From: Eledone cirrhosa
Taxonomy: Eukaryota
Direction of reading: 5' to 3'
DNA length: 64,000 bases
NCBI GenBank assembly: GCA_964016885.1
Contig: OZ024740.1
Span: 140,306,001-140,370,000, forward strand
A program made the position numbers and the translations under genes. This document shows, in pieces, positions 39,572 to 55,469 of this stretch. The first letter of the stretch is position 1; the number at the start of each line of letters is the position of its first letter. Below the pieces are notes generated by a model, which saw only the letters and a list, made by a program, of their open reading frames with translations, was not told where the DNA came from and ran no database searches.

Positions 39572-40462
39572 TTTCTTTATTAACCACAAGGGTTTACATA
39601 AAGTAGACATTAAGGACAGTACAGGACAATGCAGGACGGTGCAAATTGGTATTTCTGCGTGTAAAAAACCAAAAACTGAGGATGTAACAAAAAAAATAAC
39701 AATGAAAAATTCCCCAATAGGGGGGAGACTTCGGAGGGACATTTGTGGAGAAAACCCATTAAAAGGCCACAGTGATCCTGACCAGTTCAGATATATATTC
39801 ACTCGGGCCATACTTGCTTCTCTCACCCATCTTTCAACAAAATGCTGGGAAGAGAGCACTTCCCTCTCTACCCTGATTTTCCTTTTCAAATGAAATTTGG
39901 AAAAGTTAATCAGGGCATCACCGAAGAGGTAAGTGCTCGTCTTCAGCCCTTTCAAACGTGTCCACCATACTATCTTTTTCGCCATGGCCACCAGACAGAT
40001 AAAAACTGCCTGCCCTTCCCGGCTAAAGGAAGAGGGCGGGGCAATCCTCACGATGGACTCAGATGATAGCCGGATCCGTCCTACACGCGACAGCAGGTGT
40101 TCGACATAAGCCCACAAGTCAGCAATGCTCGGACACTGGACGAGTGCGTGCAGGACGGTTTCGTCGCCCTGCGCGCATCTCGGACATGCCCGGCTGACGG
40201 CACCTCCATGCCTGTAGAGTTTATCCCGAACTGGCAAAGCTCCTCGGTAGCACTGCCAGGCCAGAGATTTCTGGAAGTTGTCCATAGGCCCCGGCCCGAA
40301 AGTTCTTCCGAAGAGATTGGCTAGTTGATTTTCGTCGACGCCTAGAGTTTCTCCAAGTACGTCGTCGCTCTTCCCCTCCACTAATCCTCTATAGAACGCC
40401 AAGGTGGAGTTTCCACCGATCAGATTGCCCGATTGGTCGAGGACTGTGAGCGCCTGAAGACA
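39570..40462 (-). mobile_element. Tx1 LINE copy C, 5'-truncated 3' fragment nearly identical to copy B
   Basis: ORF 39494-40402 is almost identical to 33726-34337. Confidence 0.95.
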
Positions 40463-40469
40463 ATAATAC

Positions 40470-40721
40470 AGCTGCTGCTGCTGCTGCTATTACTGCTTAC
40501 TACCACCACCACTGCTGCCACCGCCAATACCAATACTATCATTTCTACAACCAACACCATCACTGCCACCACTGATATCATCACCATTACCCATATGACT
40601 ACTACTACCACCACCATCACCATCGCCTCCTATTACTACTACTACTACTACTACTACTACTACCACTATCTCAACTCTAATACTTTCACCACCACTGCCA
40701 CTAACACCACCACCACTACCG

Positions 40722-40754
<33 letters not shown>

Positions 40755-40800
40755 TCTCAACTCTAATACTTTCACCACCACTGCTTCTAACACCACCACC

Positions 40801-40856
<56 letters not shown>

Positions 40857-41264
40857 CACTATCTCAACTCTAATACTTTCACCACCACTGCTACTAACAC
40901 CACCACCACTACCGCCACTACTACTACTACTACTACTACTATCTCAACTCTAATACTTTCACCACCAGTGCTACTAACACCACCACCACTACCACCACCA
41001 CTACTACTACTACTACTTCTACTACTACTACCACTATCTCAACTCTAATACTTTCACCACCACTGCTACTAACACCACCATCACTACCACCACCACAACT
41101 ACTACTACTACTACTACTACTACTATCTCAACTCTAATACTTTCACCACCACTGCTACTAATACCACCATCACTACCACCACCACAACTACTACTACTAC
41201 TACTACTACTTTCATCACCACTGCTACTAACACGACCACCACCACTACTACTACTACCACCACA

Positions 41265-41301
<37 letters not shown>

Positions 41302-41356
41302 TCTCAACTCTAATACTTTCACCACCACTGCTACTAACACCACCATCACTACCACA

Positions 41357-41390
<34 letters not shown>

Positions 41391-41740
41391 TCACCACCAC
41401 TGCTACTAACACCACCACCACTACCGCCACTACTACTACTACTACTATCTCAACTCTAATACTTTCACCACCACCGCTACTAACACCACCACCACCACTA
41501 CTACTACTACTACTATTACTACTACTTCTACTACTACTTCTACTACTACTACCATTATCTCAACTCTAATACTTTCATCACCACTGCTACTAACACGACC
41601 ACCACCACAACTACTACTACTACTACTACTATCTCAACTCTAATACTTTCATCACCACTGCTACTAACACCACCACCACTACCACTACTACTACTACTAT
41701 TACTACTACAACTACTACTACTACTATTACTGCTGCTAAC
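40470..41740. repeat. (ACT/ACC)n compound satellite with recurrent actatctcaactctaatactttcaccaccactgctactaacacc
   Basis: About 10 landmark repeats are visible. Confidence 0.92.
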
Positions 41741-42452
41741 AATATTCTGACATGTTGCGTGAGTGACTACTTCAAGATTAATTAGTCAGCTGTATCTCGA
41801 TCTTAATGATTTGATGCGGAGTTGGGTATGTGTGTGTTTGTATATGAGTGTGCATGTATGTAGGCATGTATGTATGTATGTATGTATGTATGTATGTATG
41901 TATGTATGTATGTTGTGCAGTGCCTTTGCTCACTATAAAAGCTTCACGGCACAGGCATTGCTTTATATCTGGAGATCTCTCTGCACTTGTCGTCACAGGG
42001 TACCATGGGCCCAGCACTATGTGTCAATAATTGTCACAAGTGTAGTGTTTGTACCAGAGTTTTCAAGTCGCTGGCTGGACTAAAAAGTCACACTCGTTCA
42101 GCGCATCGGTAGGGGTTCTCCTACATGGATATAAAGTAGTGGCCGTACTCGAAAACGAGTTGGTAGCCACCATGTGTGTATGTATGTATGTATGTATGTA
42201 TGTATGTATGTATGTATGTATGTATGTGCGTGTGTGTGTGTGCTTGTATGTATGAATACTATATGTATGTATTCGTGGATGCATATGCTTATATATGCAT
42301 GTATGCATGTTTGTATGCATGTAGACATACATATCCATACGTACATATATATATGTATTTATATATATATATGTGCGTGTATGTATACGTGAGTATGTGT
42401 GTATGTAGGTAGGTAAGTATGCATCTATATGTATATATTTATGTGTTTATGC

Positions 42453-42571
<119 letters not shown>

Positions 42572-42638
42572 CGAGGTGTGTCAGAAAAGTTCCAGGACTG
42601 ATGTCACAAAAGGTTTATTTCAAACCCAAACTTCACAC
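42572..42638 (+). mobile_element. Solo mariner TIR
   Basis: Nearly identical to 43526-43592, preceded by TA. Confidence 0.85.
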
Positions 42639-42856
42639 ATGCCTAAGATATACAAATGAATTTAAATAACAAATCTGATTTTAATATAAATTTTTCATTT
42701 TTATAAAAGACAGCTGGAAAGAGGTTTACATATATGGTATATGTACAGTACTTCAGTTAAGTACTTGTCAATTTTAAGATTGCATTTATCAGAGGCTGCA
42801 GTTGTTCTTGATACATATATCTTACATACATACATACGTTCTACATATACACATAC

Positions 42857-42892
<36 letters not shown>

Positions 42893-43503
42893 GTAATTTA
42901 TATTTGTATAATCTCCAGAGTCTAGCTATTGACCAGTTAATTTTCTTGATTTTTTTAGTTGATTCTATTGACTGATGAATAGCTTTTGTTAACTTATAAC
43001 CATTCTGTTGAGAGCTTAATTCGTTTTGTGATATTTTTCATTTTTGCAATAATATACACATACTGAATTTCATCCGCCAAAAATAAGGGTTGCCTCCCTC
43101 GTCGAGCCCCACGTGGGTATCGCTAACGGTCATTCCTTGTCTGGCACTTGAACTAAAACCTGTTGAGAAAGTGACTTCCTTGTTCAATCATCTTACCAGA
43201 AGCCTAACATTATTTGTCTAAGCGGACAGTACTTGATTTAGGAGTCGCAGAAACACAAATGCTGGATTTTACCAACCATCCAGGGGTCCGGGAAATTTTT
43301 CAATCACATAATTTTTTTATTTGTTTGACCCGAATTACTTGGTCGTTTCTATGGTTGTGCGGATAACGGTTTAACCATCGTCTCAGTGTGTTTGGCCTTT
43401 AACGTATGTTGTAGCTCTGGTTCGTCAGAATTATTGAGCGCTTGCCACACATCTCGGAAGTTGTTTTTCGCTAATTCCATAGCCGAAATACGATTCTCGC
43501 TAA

Positions 43504-44204
<701 letters not shown>

Positions 44205-44812
44205 TATATCTTAGGCATGTGTTCGTTATATTCGTTTTGGAAAGGCCGTTGGTGTGTGTGTGTATGTGTGTATGTATCTGTGTGTGTGAGTGTGTGTGTG
44301 TGTATGATGCATGTATGATGTATGTATGTATGTATATATATGTATCTATGTAAGCATGTATACACGGAGATAGAATTACTCGGTTTGGTATCCCAGCGTG
44401 CGGTTAGCCCACCATGAGAGAGAGACTCCTGTTTTTGTTAGGAGATCATTCTAGAAGGAAAATTCTGATATAAAGCCTGCGACTTGATGGCAGCCAATGA
44501 TATTGACCTGTTTTTTGGTTTTGCTTTTTGAGGGGATTCCTGTCACCGTTGTTCAGAGAGTTGGATTGATACAGGACAAGGCCTTTCTTCACTTAAAAAA
44601 GCTTCAATCACAAGGAGCACTTGATCTAAACATCCTTCATATGTGTTGCATGGGCACAACGGGCTGTAGCCGAAAGTGGGTTTTTTTCTTTCGCTGCAGC
44701 ATATGCAGAAAGGAATATAAGTCCCTGGAAGTGCTAAAAGGTCATGTTCGTGCCACACGTTGTGAGACGTGAATAAAGTTATGAGAAATTTCAAAATCGA
44801 GATGCAGCCATA

Positions 44813-45067
<255 letters not shown>

Positions 45068-45769
45068 TAGGAGTATATATAGGTGTATTAGGAGTGGTTG
45101 AAGCATTTCTGAATTGAATTGATGGGCGCAAATTTGATCAATTTAGTTGTAGTGAATAGTTTAGTTCTTTGCACTCTAAAATGGTCAGAAAATGCAATTT
45201 GAGTCCAAGCAGGTCATATTACATTTACAGCTTTCAATAATTATAAAGTGATTATAGCCAAATGACCTATGAAATTTGTCTCTTGATATACATACTAACA
45301 ATTGTATATAGTGATATGTGGAGAAAAAGTTATTCCATGACAAAAAGATTTACTTTGACGGTTTATATTACACTGTTAAACTGTTATCAAATATCAACCC
45401 AAATATAATAAAAAACACGTCGATATGCGATAAACATAACATGTACATAAATTGTAGCGCTTATACAAATAGATGTACATTTTGGTAGTTTGGGGAGAAA
45501 AATATAATTATTGGGGGGGGGGGCATATCCTACCCCTACCCCAGTTCCACCGCCCCCGTGTATATATATATATATATATATATATAGCTTATTCTCTGCT
45601 AACATATTGAGTACTTTATTTAACTGATTATTTCCCGATCCCCTTCGGGTTACCGTCCTTAATTATATGTATGTATATATGAAACCTTGTCTTGCTATAC
45701 TTCTTATACTTAATAAACACACATATATATATGCGTGTGTGTATGTGTGTGTGTGTGTGCGCTCACATA

Positions 45770-45883
45770 CGAATGGAGTTCGAAAGGTTTTGAGCCCAAC
45801 ATAATTAATGATATGAATAAATTTATTTTATTTACTTTAGTGATCATGCATAGTCGGGCAGAAAATTTGGGCGACACCCCTCG
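45770..45883. mobile_element. Possible mariner-type MITE, diverged
   Basis: TA|cgaatggagttcgaaaggtttt ... aaaatttgggcgacacccctcg|TA imperfect TIRs. Confidence 0.45.
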
Positions 45884-45899
45884 TATCCATGTGTGTGCA

Positions 45900-46866
<967 letters not shown>

Positions 46867-47067
46867 GTGCTTAACAAAACAGCTTCCAGGTGTTCGACAG
46901 AACAGCGTCACTGTCGACCTCCGCTGAGGATATCTCCCAGTGCTGCGACCCCTGACTCGGTACAATCTCGGCTATATTGGAGTTGTTCCACTGTGTTGAG
47001 CAGTGGCTCTCTCACTTCCTCCACCATTAAATAAACACATACACACACACACACACACACACACGCG

Positions 47068-47114
<47 letters not shown>

Positions 47115-47611
47115 ATGTATATGATACTTTTGTATGAGGTGTTGACCAGACGGGCTGTGTATGCAACACTCCAATCAGTAAGCGATGATGCAATTAGATT
47201 CAAGCACTCAATGACATGTGTATCCTTCCAAATGGTATTTGTTAGTCCATGACGGAGTATATGCACGATAATGGTAATTGGAAAGGCCAGATGTAGAAAT
47301 ACATAACTTATTTTATTCAGAATCCCCTTTAATCATGAATACCACAGAAATATGTTGGCCAGATGTTAAAGTATGAAAAGAGAAAATCCTCCTCTAGATT
47401 TTGTAAACAAACTATTCTTGTCGAAGGTTCATTTACATATATTGCCTGCATCTCTCTTCCCCCAATCGCAGCTTAACATATTCAATCTATTCTTATACTG
47501 GGTTTTAGTCATAGCCGTGGGTTTGACTAACGACTTGTGAGTGGAATTTGGTAGACGGTAAGTATTGAAGCCCGTCGTGTGTGTGTATACATATATATAT
47601 ATATATATATA

Positions 47612-47718
47612 TAGGGTGGCCCAAAAGTCCCTAGGCCGTTCCAAAATATAATTTATTGTTAATTAATTGTAAAAATCATTATATTTTAAAATGGTTTATT
47701 CACTTTTGGACCACCTTG
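47612..47718. mobile_element. Tc1-type MITE
   Basis: agggtggcccaaaagt / acttttggaccacctt-g|TA. Confidence 0.65.
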
Positions 47719-47722
47719 TATA

Positions 47723-48768
47723 CGAGGTTTGTCCAAAGAGTAAAGGTACTGGTTTTTCTATGTACGATATGGTAACGCCGCACCCCGTCCATGTATATAG
47801 GCGTGTTGGTTATGATCTTGGCTGTACGTACATACTTGTTTCAACATGATCGATTTAGTCAGTCGTGAGTTATTGCTGTTTATGTACAGACGTATTATAA
47901 ATCTGTTACGTTTGCGATGCAGGAAAATATCGAACAATGGTATGCGATCAAATTTTGTGTGAAACTCAACAAATCTGCCACCAAAACATTTAATTCTTTA
48001 ACACAAGTTTATAGAGATGCCACTCTGTATAGAAATAAGGTTTTTAAGTGGCACAAAACTTTCAAAGAGGACTGAGAAAATGTTGAAAACGAACTTCGTT
48101 CTGGAGGCCTATCTCATCAACAAATGAACAAAATGAGGAATTGGTGCGAGAGCGGTGATAGCGAAAGATCACCGATTAAGTGTTAGTATGATTGCAGAAG
48201 AAACAGGCTTGGATAAAAATACAGTTCGCAGAATTTTAACAGACGAAACATTTATGCAAAACTAATGCCCAAACACTTGTATGTGGAGCAAAAAGCGAAC
48301 CGGTTGGAAATGTGTCAGGATTTGCTAGAAAGACTGGAAATTGAGCCAAATTTCTTGGATAAAGTAACAAGAGAAGATGATTTATGAGTGTTCGAGTACG
48401 ATCCAGAGACTAAACGGCAAAGTGAAAATTTCTCCTCGTTCGAAAAAATCACGCATGATCAGATTCAGGGTGAAAAATGATGGTTTTCACTATTCGATAG
48501 CCGTGGTTTAATATACAATTATTAGTTCCAGGAGAGACAGTTAATCACACTTTCTACAATGATGTCTTGGAACGACTTCGTAAATGGGTGCAGCAAGTCC
48601 GAAAGAACATTGCATGAGATTGGGTACTGCACACAACATTTCAATCCGTGAATTTCTGGCAAAGAAAAATATTCCCACTCTTCCACATCCTCGCTACAGC
48701 TCAGATCTAGCACCGAGTGTTTTCTATCGCTTCTCTAAGCTGGAATCGAAATTAAAGGGTTATCATTT
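47723..48768 (+). mobile_element. Mariner relic, 3'-truncated, with a decayed transposase
   Basis: TA|cgagg start; MQENIEQWYAIKFCVKLNKSAT...VFKWHK; LPHPRYSSDLAPS (YSPDLAP motif). Confidence 0.9.
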
Positions 48769-48927
48769 GTTGTCCGACGCTCTACCAAAAATATATCTGT
48801 ATTAGGATTAAAGCGACAATCTTACCGCCATTTTCACAATATTGAATAAATATTCGAATCAGTAGAGTATTAGACAACTACCGAAAAGTTTAACAGCCCT
48901 TATTTTATCTGTTATCAGCTTTGGTGT

Positions 48928-49240
48928 GAAGGAGTGTGACTTTGTAGTTAGAGTGATTGGTTCAAGATCAGAAGGTCGCGAGTTCGATTCCAGGTGGCAC
49001 TTAGTGTTCTTGTTTCGGTTTATTGGGATAGAAAAATAGGTTGTATTTACCAGTAATTCAATAGGGGAGGAGGGTCATCTTTGTCACAAACTGTGTTACA
49101 CTGAATTTCCCAAAGAACTACGTTGAAGGTACTCGTGTCGGTGGAATTCTTAGCCATTTGCACGTTAATTTCACGGTCAAGCTGTTTCGGTATTTGAACA
49201 ACTGGAACACTCGTCTTAGGAACCGACGAAGATCCAACAC
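48928..49240 (+). mobile_element. SINE family A
   Basis: tRNA head (gtagttagag, gagttcgattcc) and body shared with the other copies. Confidence 0.75.
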
Positions 49241-49949
49241 ATAAAATTAAGGAAGGCACTTTTATGGTTAAGTCGGAGAAAGAAGGGTAAGGTCATTGCC
49301 GGATTTACCATTGTGTTTAGGTGTGCTTAAGCACAGGAGGGCCCATCTTCCTGCCAAATACACTTTTTACGATCAATGTTTTTACGAGTAAGAGGTCTCA
49401 TAATTTAACTAGCTCAGAACCTCATTTGTCTTAAATCCGGCACTGGGTAAAGTCCATGGCCTTTATCAATTTTTTTAATACAGGACGGCGGTCATTATTT
49501 AACTACGTTAGCAAGCCATGCCATGCCTTAATTCTCCTCATTTCACGCTTATATTATCATTATAGGCTTCCATGGAATCCTTTCATCTTGTTTTATATTT
49601 AAATTCTCATAAGAAATAGATTAATCACTACATTTCTTTTGAGACCGCTTTTCTTCCCTTTCTTTTTCTCTTTTCCTATTTAGTTTATATTTTAACATTT
49701 TATTCATTTATTTTAAAGTTTCTTATAGGGGTCATATATTCCGCCTTATTAGTCAACAAAACTTTTTTTCTATGTAATGTCATATTATGTTTTGATTTTT
49801 TTTGTTTGTTTTTTTGTTGTTGTTATTTAATTTGGGGCTTATTTAGCGGGATATCACCACCATCACCACCACCATAATCATCATCAGGGTTACCATCGTT
49901 ATAATAATTGTCCTCATCATCGACCGCAGCTGTTGCAACATCTTAAGTC

Positions 49950-50127
49950 TATCTCGAGCCTGGAGGCTCATCAGGCCGGTGCCTATACCGGTTTCCGTGG
50001 CGTGAAGCGACTGAGAGTACAAAACTCCACCTGGACAGGACGCCAGTCCATTACAGGGTTAACTCCCCACCTACCCCCCAAGGTATTGCTAGTACTCATT
50101 TTCGTCTGAGTATACTGGAGCAACGCT
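49950..50127 (-). mobile_element. SINE 3' part (third family, V-domain-like central block)
   Basis: Minus strand: ccctgtaatggactggcgtcctgtccagg...gaaaccggtataggcaccggcctgatgagcc. Confidence 0.55.
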
Positions 50128-50599
50128 TGACAGCCGAAATAGTTAGCACCAACAATTATCACTACCATTACCAAGAGGAAGGCAACGACAGCAACAGTGA
50201 CAATAACAACGACCCCGCATCTTGGGTGAAAGAAGGCATTCGATCCCCAGCAACCAGCCTGGCAGCCGAAATAGGTATCGGTATCAACTACCATTACCAT
50301 TAACAAAAGCAAGGATACGACAGCGGCAGCGGCAATAACAACAACAACAACATATATGTGTATACACCAATATCTTACCAGCAATCACTACCACCACCAT
50401 TAACAAGAGGAAACCAACTCCAGCATCAGTGACAATAACAATCTTTGGGTCATTCCGCTGGGAACAACCCCCTGTTTTCTTTGTGTACATTCATCCATTC
50501 ATTCATTTATTTATCTGCTAACTTTCTACTTTCGTGTGTGTCCCCATCCATGCACCCCCCCCCCCCTCTCTCTTTTATCTTGTCTGCTGTCGCCTCCAT

Positions 50600-53562
50600 A
50601 TCTGATGTAGGTGAGCTATGACGCCTCACTCATACCAAAACTTTCCCTTCCACCCGCGTGCAGTTGTGCTTAGCACCTAGGCTGGTGACAACCAGCCACG
50701 CACCTTTAATGCCGCTTGGTGCCCCATCCTCCATCCCCACCAGTCGACATCTGCAGCACTTGCAGCACCACGAACAGACGGAAGAGGAGCCGGAACTGTT
50801 CGGAGTGCGGATGCTTCCACCACCTCCCCTGTGTTGGCTTGACGCGTCGAGCTTCCAGTGCCCTCGCAGTGAGGAGATGCAGAAACTGTCTCTTCCCCTC
50901 GTCTGCCCAGCCACGGCCGTCTGGCACTCCACCAGATGAGACAGCGAACTTTCCTGATGCCCAAGCCTCGCTGGTCAACATCTCTCGGTTCAGGCGGCTC
51001 CGGAAGATTCCGCTCAGGATCCCGAGAGCGGCCGGGGTGCCGGTAGCCGATGCCCTCGATCGAGAGTGCTCTGGACTCCAATCAAGCCAGCGACTGGGAG
51101 CGCCTCTTCTATTTCGCCCCACTCACCCTCGGCCTCCCCAGCTCTGGCGATGACCGAGGCGGCCTGTCGACAGCAGCCTTTGTCAAGGCCAATGTTTCGT
51201 CCTTTGGGCAAGCGCCCATTCCAAGCGTGCCGAAGGGCGTCACAACCCCTGCTTTTGGGTGCCTCTAATCCCCCACCCCTGAGGCCAGCGCCAAGCGTTT
51301 GTGTGACCGCGTAAACGCTAAACTTATCATGCGTGATGTTAAGGCCGCAGTCAGAGTGGTTACCTCTGAGGATACTGTCCTCCAACCCACCGAGGAATCC
51401 TGGCTGCCTTGCGACTCAAGCACCCTGAGCCACCCGGTGACCTCAGACCCATACCCCCACCCGATCCCCACCTGCTCCTTATGGCTTCCGACGCAGACAT
51501 CATGTCCGCCATCAAGTCCTTCCCAGCTAGCAACAGCGGAGGTGCTGATGGTCTCCGACCAGGCCACCTCAAGGAGTTGCTATCCCCCCTCTCCACTGAG
51601 GTCGGGCGCCGCCTTCTGAGTGCAATTGTGGCACTCACCAATAGGCTTATCCATGGCGCCCTGGATCCTCACGCCCGAGGCCTCTTTTTTTCGGTTAGCC
51701 TACCCACTCTCAGGAAGAAAGAGGGTGGCATACGCCCCATCGCTGTGGGAAATGTCTTCCGGAGGCTGGCTGCTAAGGTGGTCTGCAGGTCCATATCACC
51801 TGACCTGGGTGAGGAGTTCAGTACGGTGCAACTGGGTGTCGGCGTGTCCAGTGGCTGTGAGGGGTCCGCACATGCAAGCAGGTAGTTCTTCAATAGCTGC
51901 CCACCGGAACCGGCATCCAGAGACTCCAGGCACCTCATTGTCAAGCTTGACATGAGGAATGCCTCTAACGGCACACGCCGGGACCATCTGCTCAATGCCT
52001 GCCTCAGCCGAGCCCCCTCCAACTACCCGTCATATGAAGCCCCGAGCATGCTCCTTGCTGCTGACACGGTCATACCTTCGGCTACTGGGGTCCAACAGGG
52101 TGACCCTTTGGAACCACTCCTGTTTGCCCTTGGTATAGACCACATGGCCGGGAGTATCACAGCCCCTCTCAACGTTTGGTACCTGGATGATGCTACGCTG
52201 GGAGGGCTCGTGGGGACTGTCTGCCATGACCTTCAATCGGTGGTTCCTGCTCTGGCGGAATCGGCCTCCAGGTCAACTCGGCCAAGTCGGAGGTGGTGAA
52301 TGTCAGCTATGATGCTCAGAGCTTTGCAGCCACCGTCTTGGATGTGCGATCTATTCTCAACCAGGTACAGTTGGAGGATGTCCTCATCCTCGGGTCACTG
52401 ATCCACTCGCCAGCCATCCGCTTCACCATCAGTTCTAGGCTTCAACAACTCCAGACCCTCACGAGCCGACTGGGCTTGATCGACGGCCACCCAGCCCTCT
52501 TTCTGTTGAGGAACTGCTTCGCCATGCCGAAGCTCTCTACACACTTCGCAGCGCTCCGTGCTACACCCACGCATCTCTCCTCGCTGACCTCGATACTTGT
52601 ATCCGAGCGGCAGCTAAGGAGATATGCAACGTCAAGTTTGACGGCATTGGACGGCAACAGGCCACTTTATCTGTCAGTTGTGGCGCCCTTGGCCTCCAGT
52701 CCCCGATCTCGTTGGCTTTGCCGGCGTTTCTTTCATCGGTAACCTTATGCCGCGTCCTCGTCAGCATGGTTCTCCAAAACAATAGAACCCCCTGTCTTCA
52801 AGGAACGTGAGGTCGCCTGTGAGACGTGGGACAGGCTAGGACTTAGCCCGGTAGACGTCCCTCCTCCTTCTGCCCCTGCTGACGTCAAGTCCCCCCCCAA
52901 AAAAAATCGTATGGGATGCTATCCAGTGCAGCCTGGCCTCAGACAGGCTCACGCGCCAGCTCGACCAGTACCGCCTTGCCTGTTTTCGCGCGGCCTACAC
53001 ACCCCCACAGTGGTGTCTGGCTCCATGCCTTACCCTCCTTCTCCACTGGGATGCAACTGGGTAACAATAGCCTGCGCATCGGCGTTTCCTTGAGGCTTGG
53101 ACTCCGGATCTGGGAGCTACATAAATGTCGCTGTGAATCCACCGTGAACTCTTTCGGACTCCACCCACTTTCCTATCGCCACAGTGCGGGCCGCCTTCCA
53201 TGCCATGCTGCCCTCAACGAGGTCATTAAGCATGGCTTGGACGCTGCAGGCTCCCCCTCCCAGCTCGAACCGGTGGGGCTGGACCGAAGGGATGGAAAAA
53301 GGCCAGACGGTATGACCATCTTCCCGTTCCGTGGTGGCAAACTCCTCGTCTGGGATGCCACTTGCAGCGACACTTTCTCCAGCCGCAACCTTGTGCAGTC
53401 TGCGACTAACCCAAGTACTGCTGCACGTAGGGCTGAGGAGGCCAAACTCTCCAAGTATCGGTCGCTCTCCGACAGGTTGGCGGTCGAGCCTTTGGCAGTG
53501 GAGACTTCTGGTGTCCTTGGCCCTAGGGCTACCACCCTATTCACCACAATAGGCGCTGAGCT
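50600..53562 (+). mobile_element. Decayed CRE-clade non-LTR retrotransposon (PHD-like finger, RT, RLE), 3'-truncated
   Basis: CSTC...CSECGCFHHLPC...CRNC; GGADGLRP, GGIRPIAVG, QLGVG..GCE, GVQQGDPL, WYLDD; RPDG...WDATC.DT...AEEAKLSKY...AVETSG; several frameshifts. Confidence 0.85.
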
Positions 53563-53564
53563 AG

Positions 53565-53697
53565 CCAGCTGCAGGTGTGAATTTAACTGGCAAAGTATTT
53601 TATTGAAGAACAAACACACAACCCGGTCCAGGAATCGAACTCACGGCATTATGATCATAAGTTCAACACCCTTACCATTAGGTCACACGCCTCCACA
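53565..53697 (-). mobile_element. SINE family A head
   Basis: Reverse complement gives gtggaggcgtgtgacctaatggtaaggg...gagttcgattcctggacc. Confidence 0.75.
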
Positions 53698-53976
53698 CTG
53701 TTGCAACATCGTTATCATTAACATCAGGACTAGTTGGACCCGTGAAAATATTCACGAATAACTCCCTCTCTCTAAATATATTAACCCCCCCACCCTATAT
53801 ATATATAAACCCATCCCTTTCTCTATATATTAAAACCACCCTCTCTATATATTATAACACCCCTCTCTATATGTATATTTTAATCCTCCTTTCTCTATAT
53901 TATAACCCCTTCTCTATATATATTATAACCCATCCCTTTCTCTATATTATAAACCCCTCTCTTTAAATATAGTATA

Positions 53977-54073
<97 letters not shown>

Positions 54074-54110
54074 ATATTAACAAATGGAAACTATATTTAT
54101 AAAGCCATAT

Positions 54111-54177
54111 TTATTTCATTATACATATTTCAAGGGCCACCTGAGCAAACTATGGTGCGCTTTCATCAGATAAAATA
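54111..54177 (-). ncRNA. Hammerhead ribozyme motif in the 3' pLTR (sense to the ORF)
   Basis: Reverse complement of the 57065-57130 motif. Confidence 0.85.
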
Positions 54178-55469
54178 TAATATAGGTTAGTTTTATAAAT
54201 AAATATTGACATACCCTTAATAAATGCAACCATTCTGGTTGGAATCTCCTGGATAGTGGAGTTATTATATTTATTGTTGGTTTATTATGCAAATTAGTGT
54301 TGGAAAGGTTTAAAAACAGTATATTTAAATTAAGCCGTTGGAATAGGGAAAAAAAGAGAAAAGTAAGAGAAAAAACGAAAGAAAGAAAGAGAAAAAACCT
54401 GAGTATATTTTAGTGAGAGAGAATAGCGTAATTTTGAGAGAAGAGGCGAAGAAATAAATATAGCCTGGATGAATACCGTAAGATGGATAAACAATAATAA
54501 TAAACAACAATAAAGATGGATAAACAATAATAAAGATAAGTTGAAGAATTTATTTAATGTTTAACTAATAAATTTGATTAAATGTTTAATTAATAATTTA
54601 TCAATTCAATCCGTAGTTTAAATGTTTAAATGTGTATGTTATATTATTAAAGTTGAGACCTATATATTATTATTAAAGAATATATATTATTAAAAAATAT
54701 GTTATTATTACAAACCATATATAATTTTATTAATTATTAATTATTTTTTTAAATTTGTAAGTTTAAAATATCCGAATATTTCTAAGCTCATGGAATTTCC
54801 GAGAGTTTACAGAAGAATAATCCCTTAATTGTAATAGCAGTAGAGCGTAAAGGAAATTCCATTTGTTAATAATTTAGATAGCTCTAAGGATTAAATACTA
54901 TAAAGTTAAGATGTTAAAAAATTTAATTATCCATCTTAATAATGTAATTAGAGTATGAATGTTATGTTATTTTATAGCAAGTTATAAATTCATAACTCCA
55001 ACCTGTCATACAGTTATGACTGTTTAAACCATAAATTTGTTTGCTATAACGTGTTAACATTTAAAAATTTATTCATTGGAATATATCCAAAGCATAAACC
55101 ATAAAAAACTTTCATAAGAGTATATCTGTAGAATATATTTAAAGTATAAATTTTATATATATATAAACATTTTGACATACATATACATACACATACACAC
55201 ACACACATATATATTATATATATATATATATATATACATTAAGCATTTGAAAAATATATAAATACAAAATATACAATATAAGATATGAAATATGAATTAT
55301 AATTTAAATTATGAATTATGGATTCTTTGTACCCATCATATGAATTTTCAGAAAAAACTCCTTCTTCAAATCTTTCAGTACGTTTATCAAGAAAAAATCC
55401 TTTTAAGATAGTTATAAGCAGTCATATGAAGTAATCTAATGAATTATCGATAGGTTTAATAAAGATGAG

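Noticed and set aside
43080-43500. Possible host exon on the minus strand (also 46880-47290, 62390-62720)
   Set aside because: Stops in the frames I translated and no recognisable motif
48928-49000. tRNA gene
   Set aside because: A/B-box-like head continues into a SINE body; no full cloverleaf
49950-49980. Minus-strand CTGATGAgcctccaggctcGAGA hammerhead-like motif
   Set aside because: No correctly placed GAAA or stem I/III; it is the SINE 3' stem-loop
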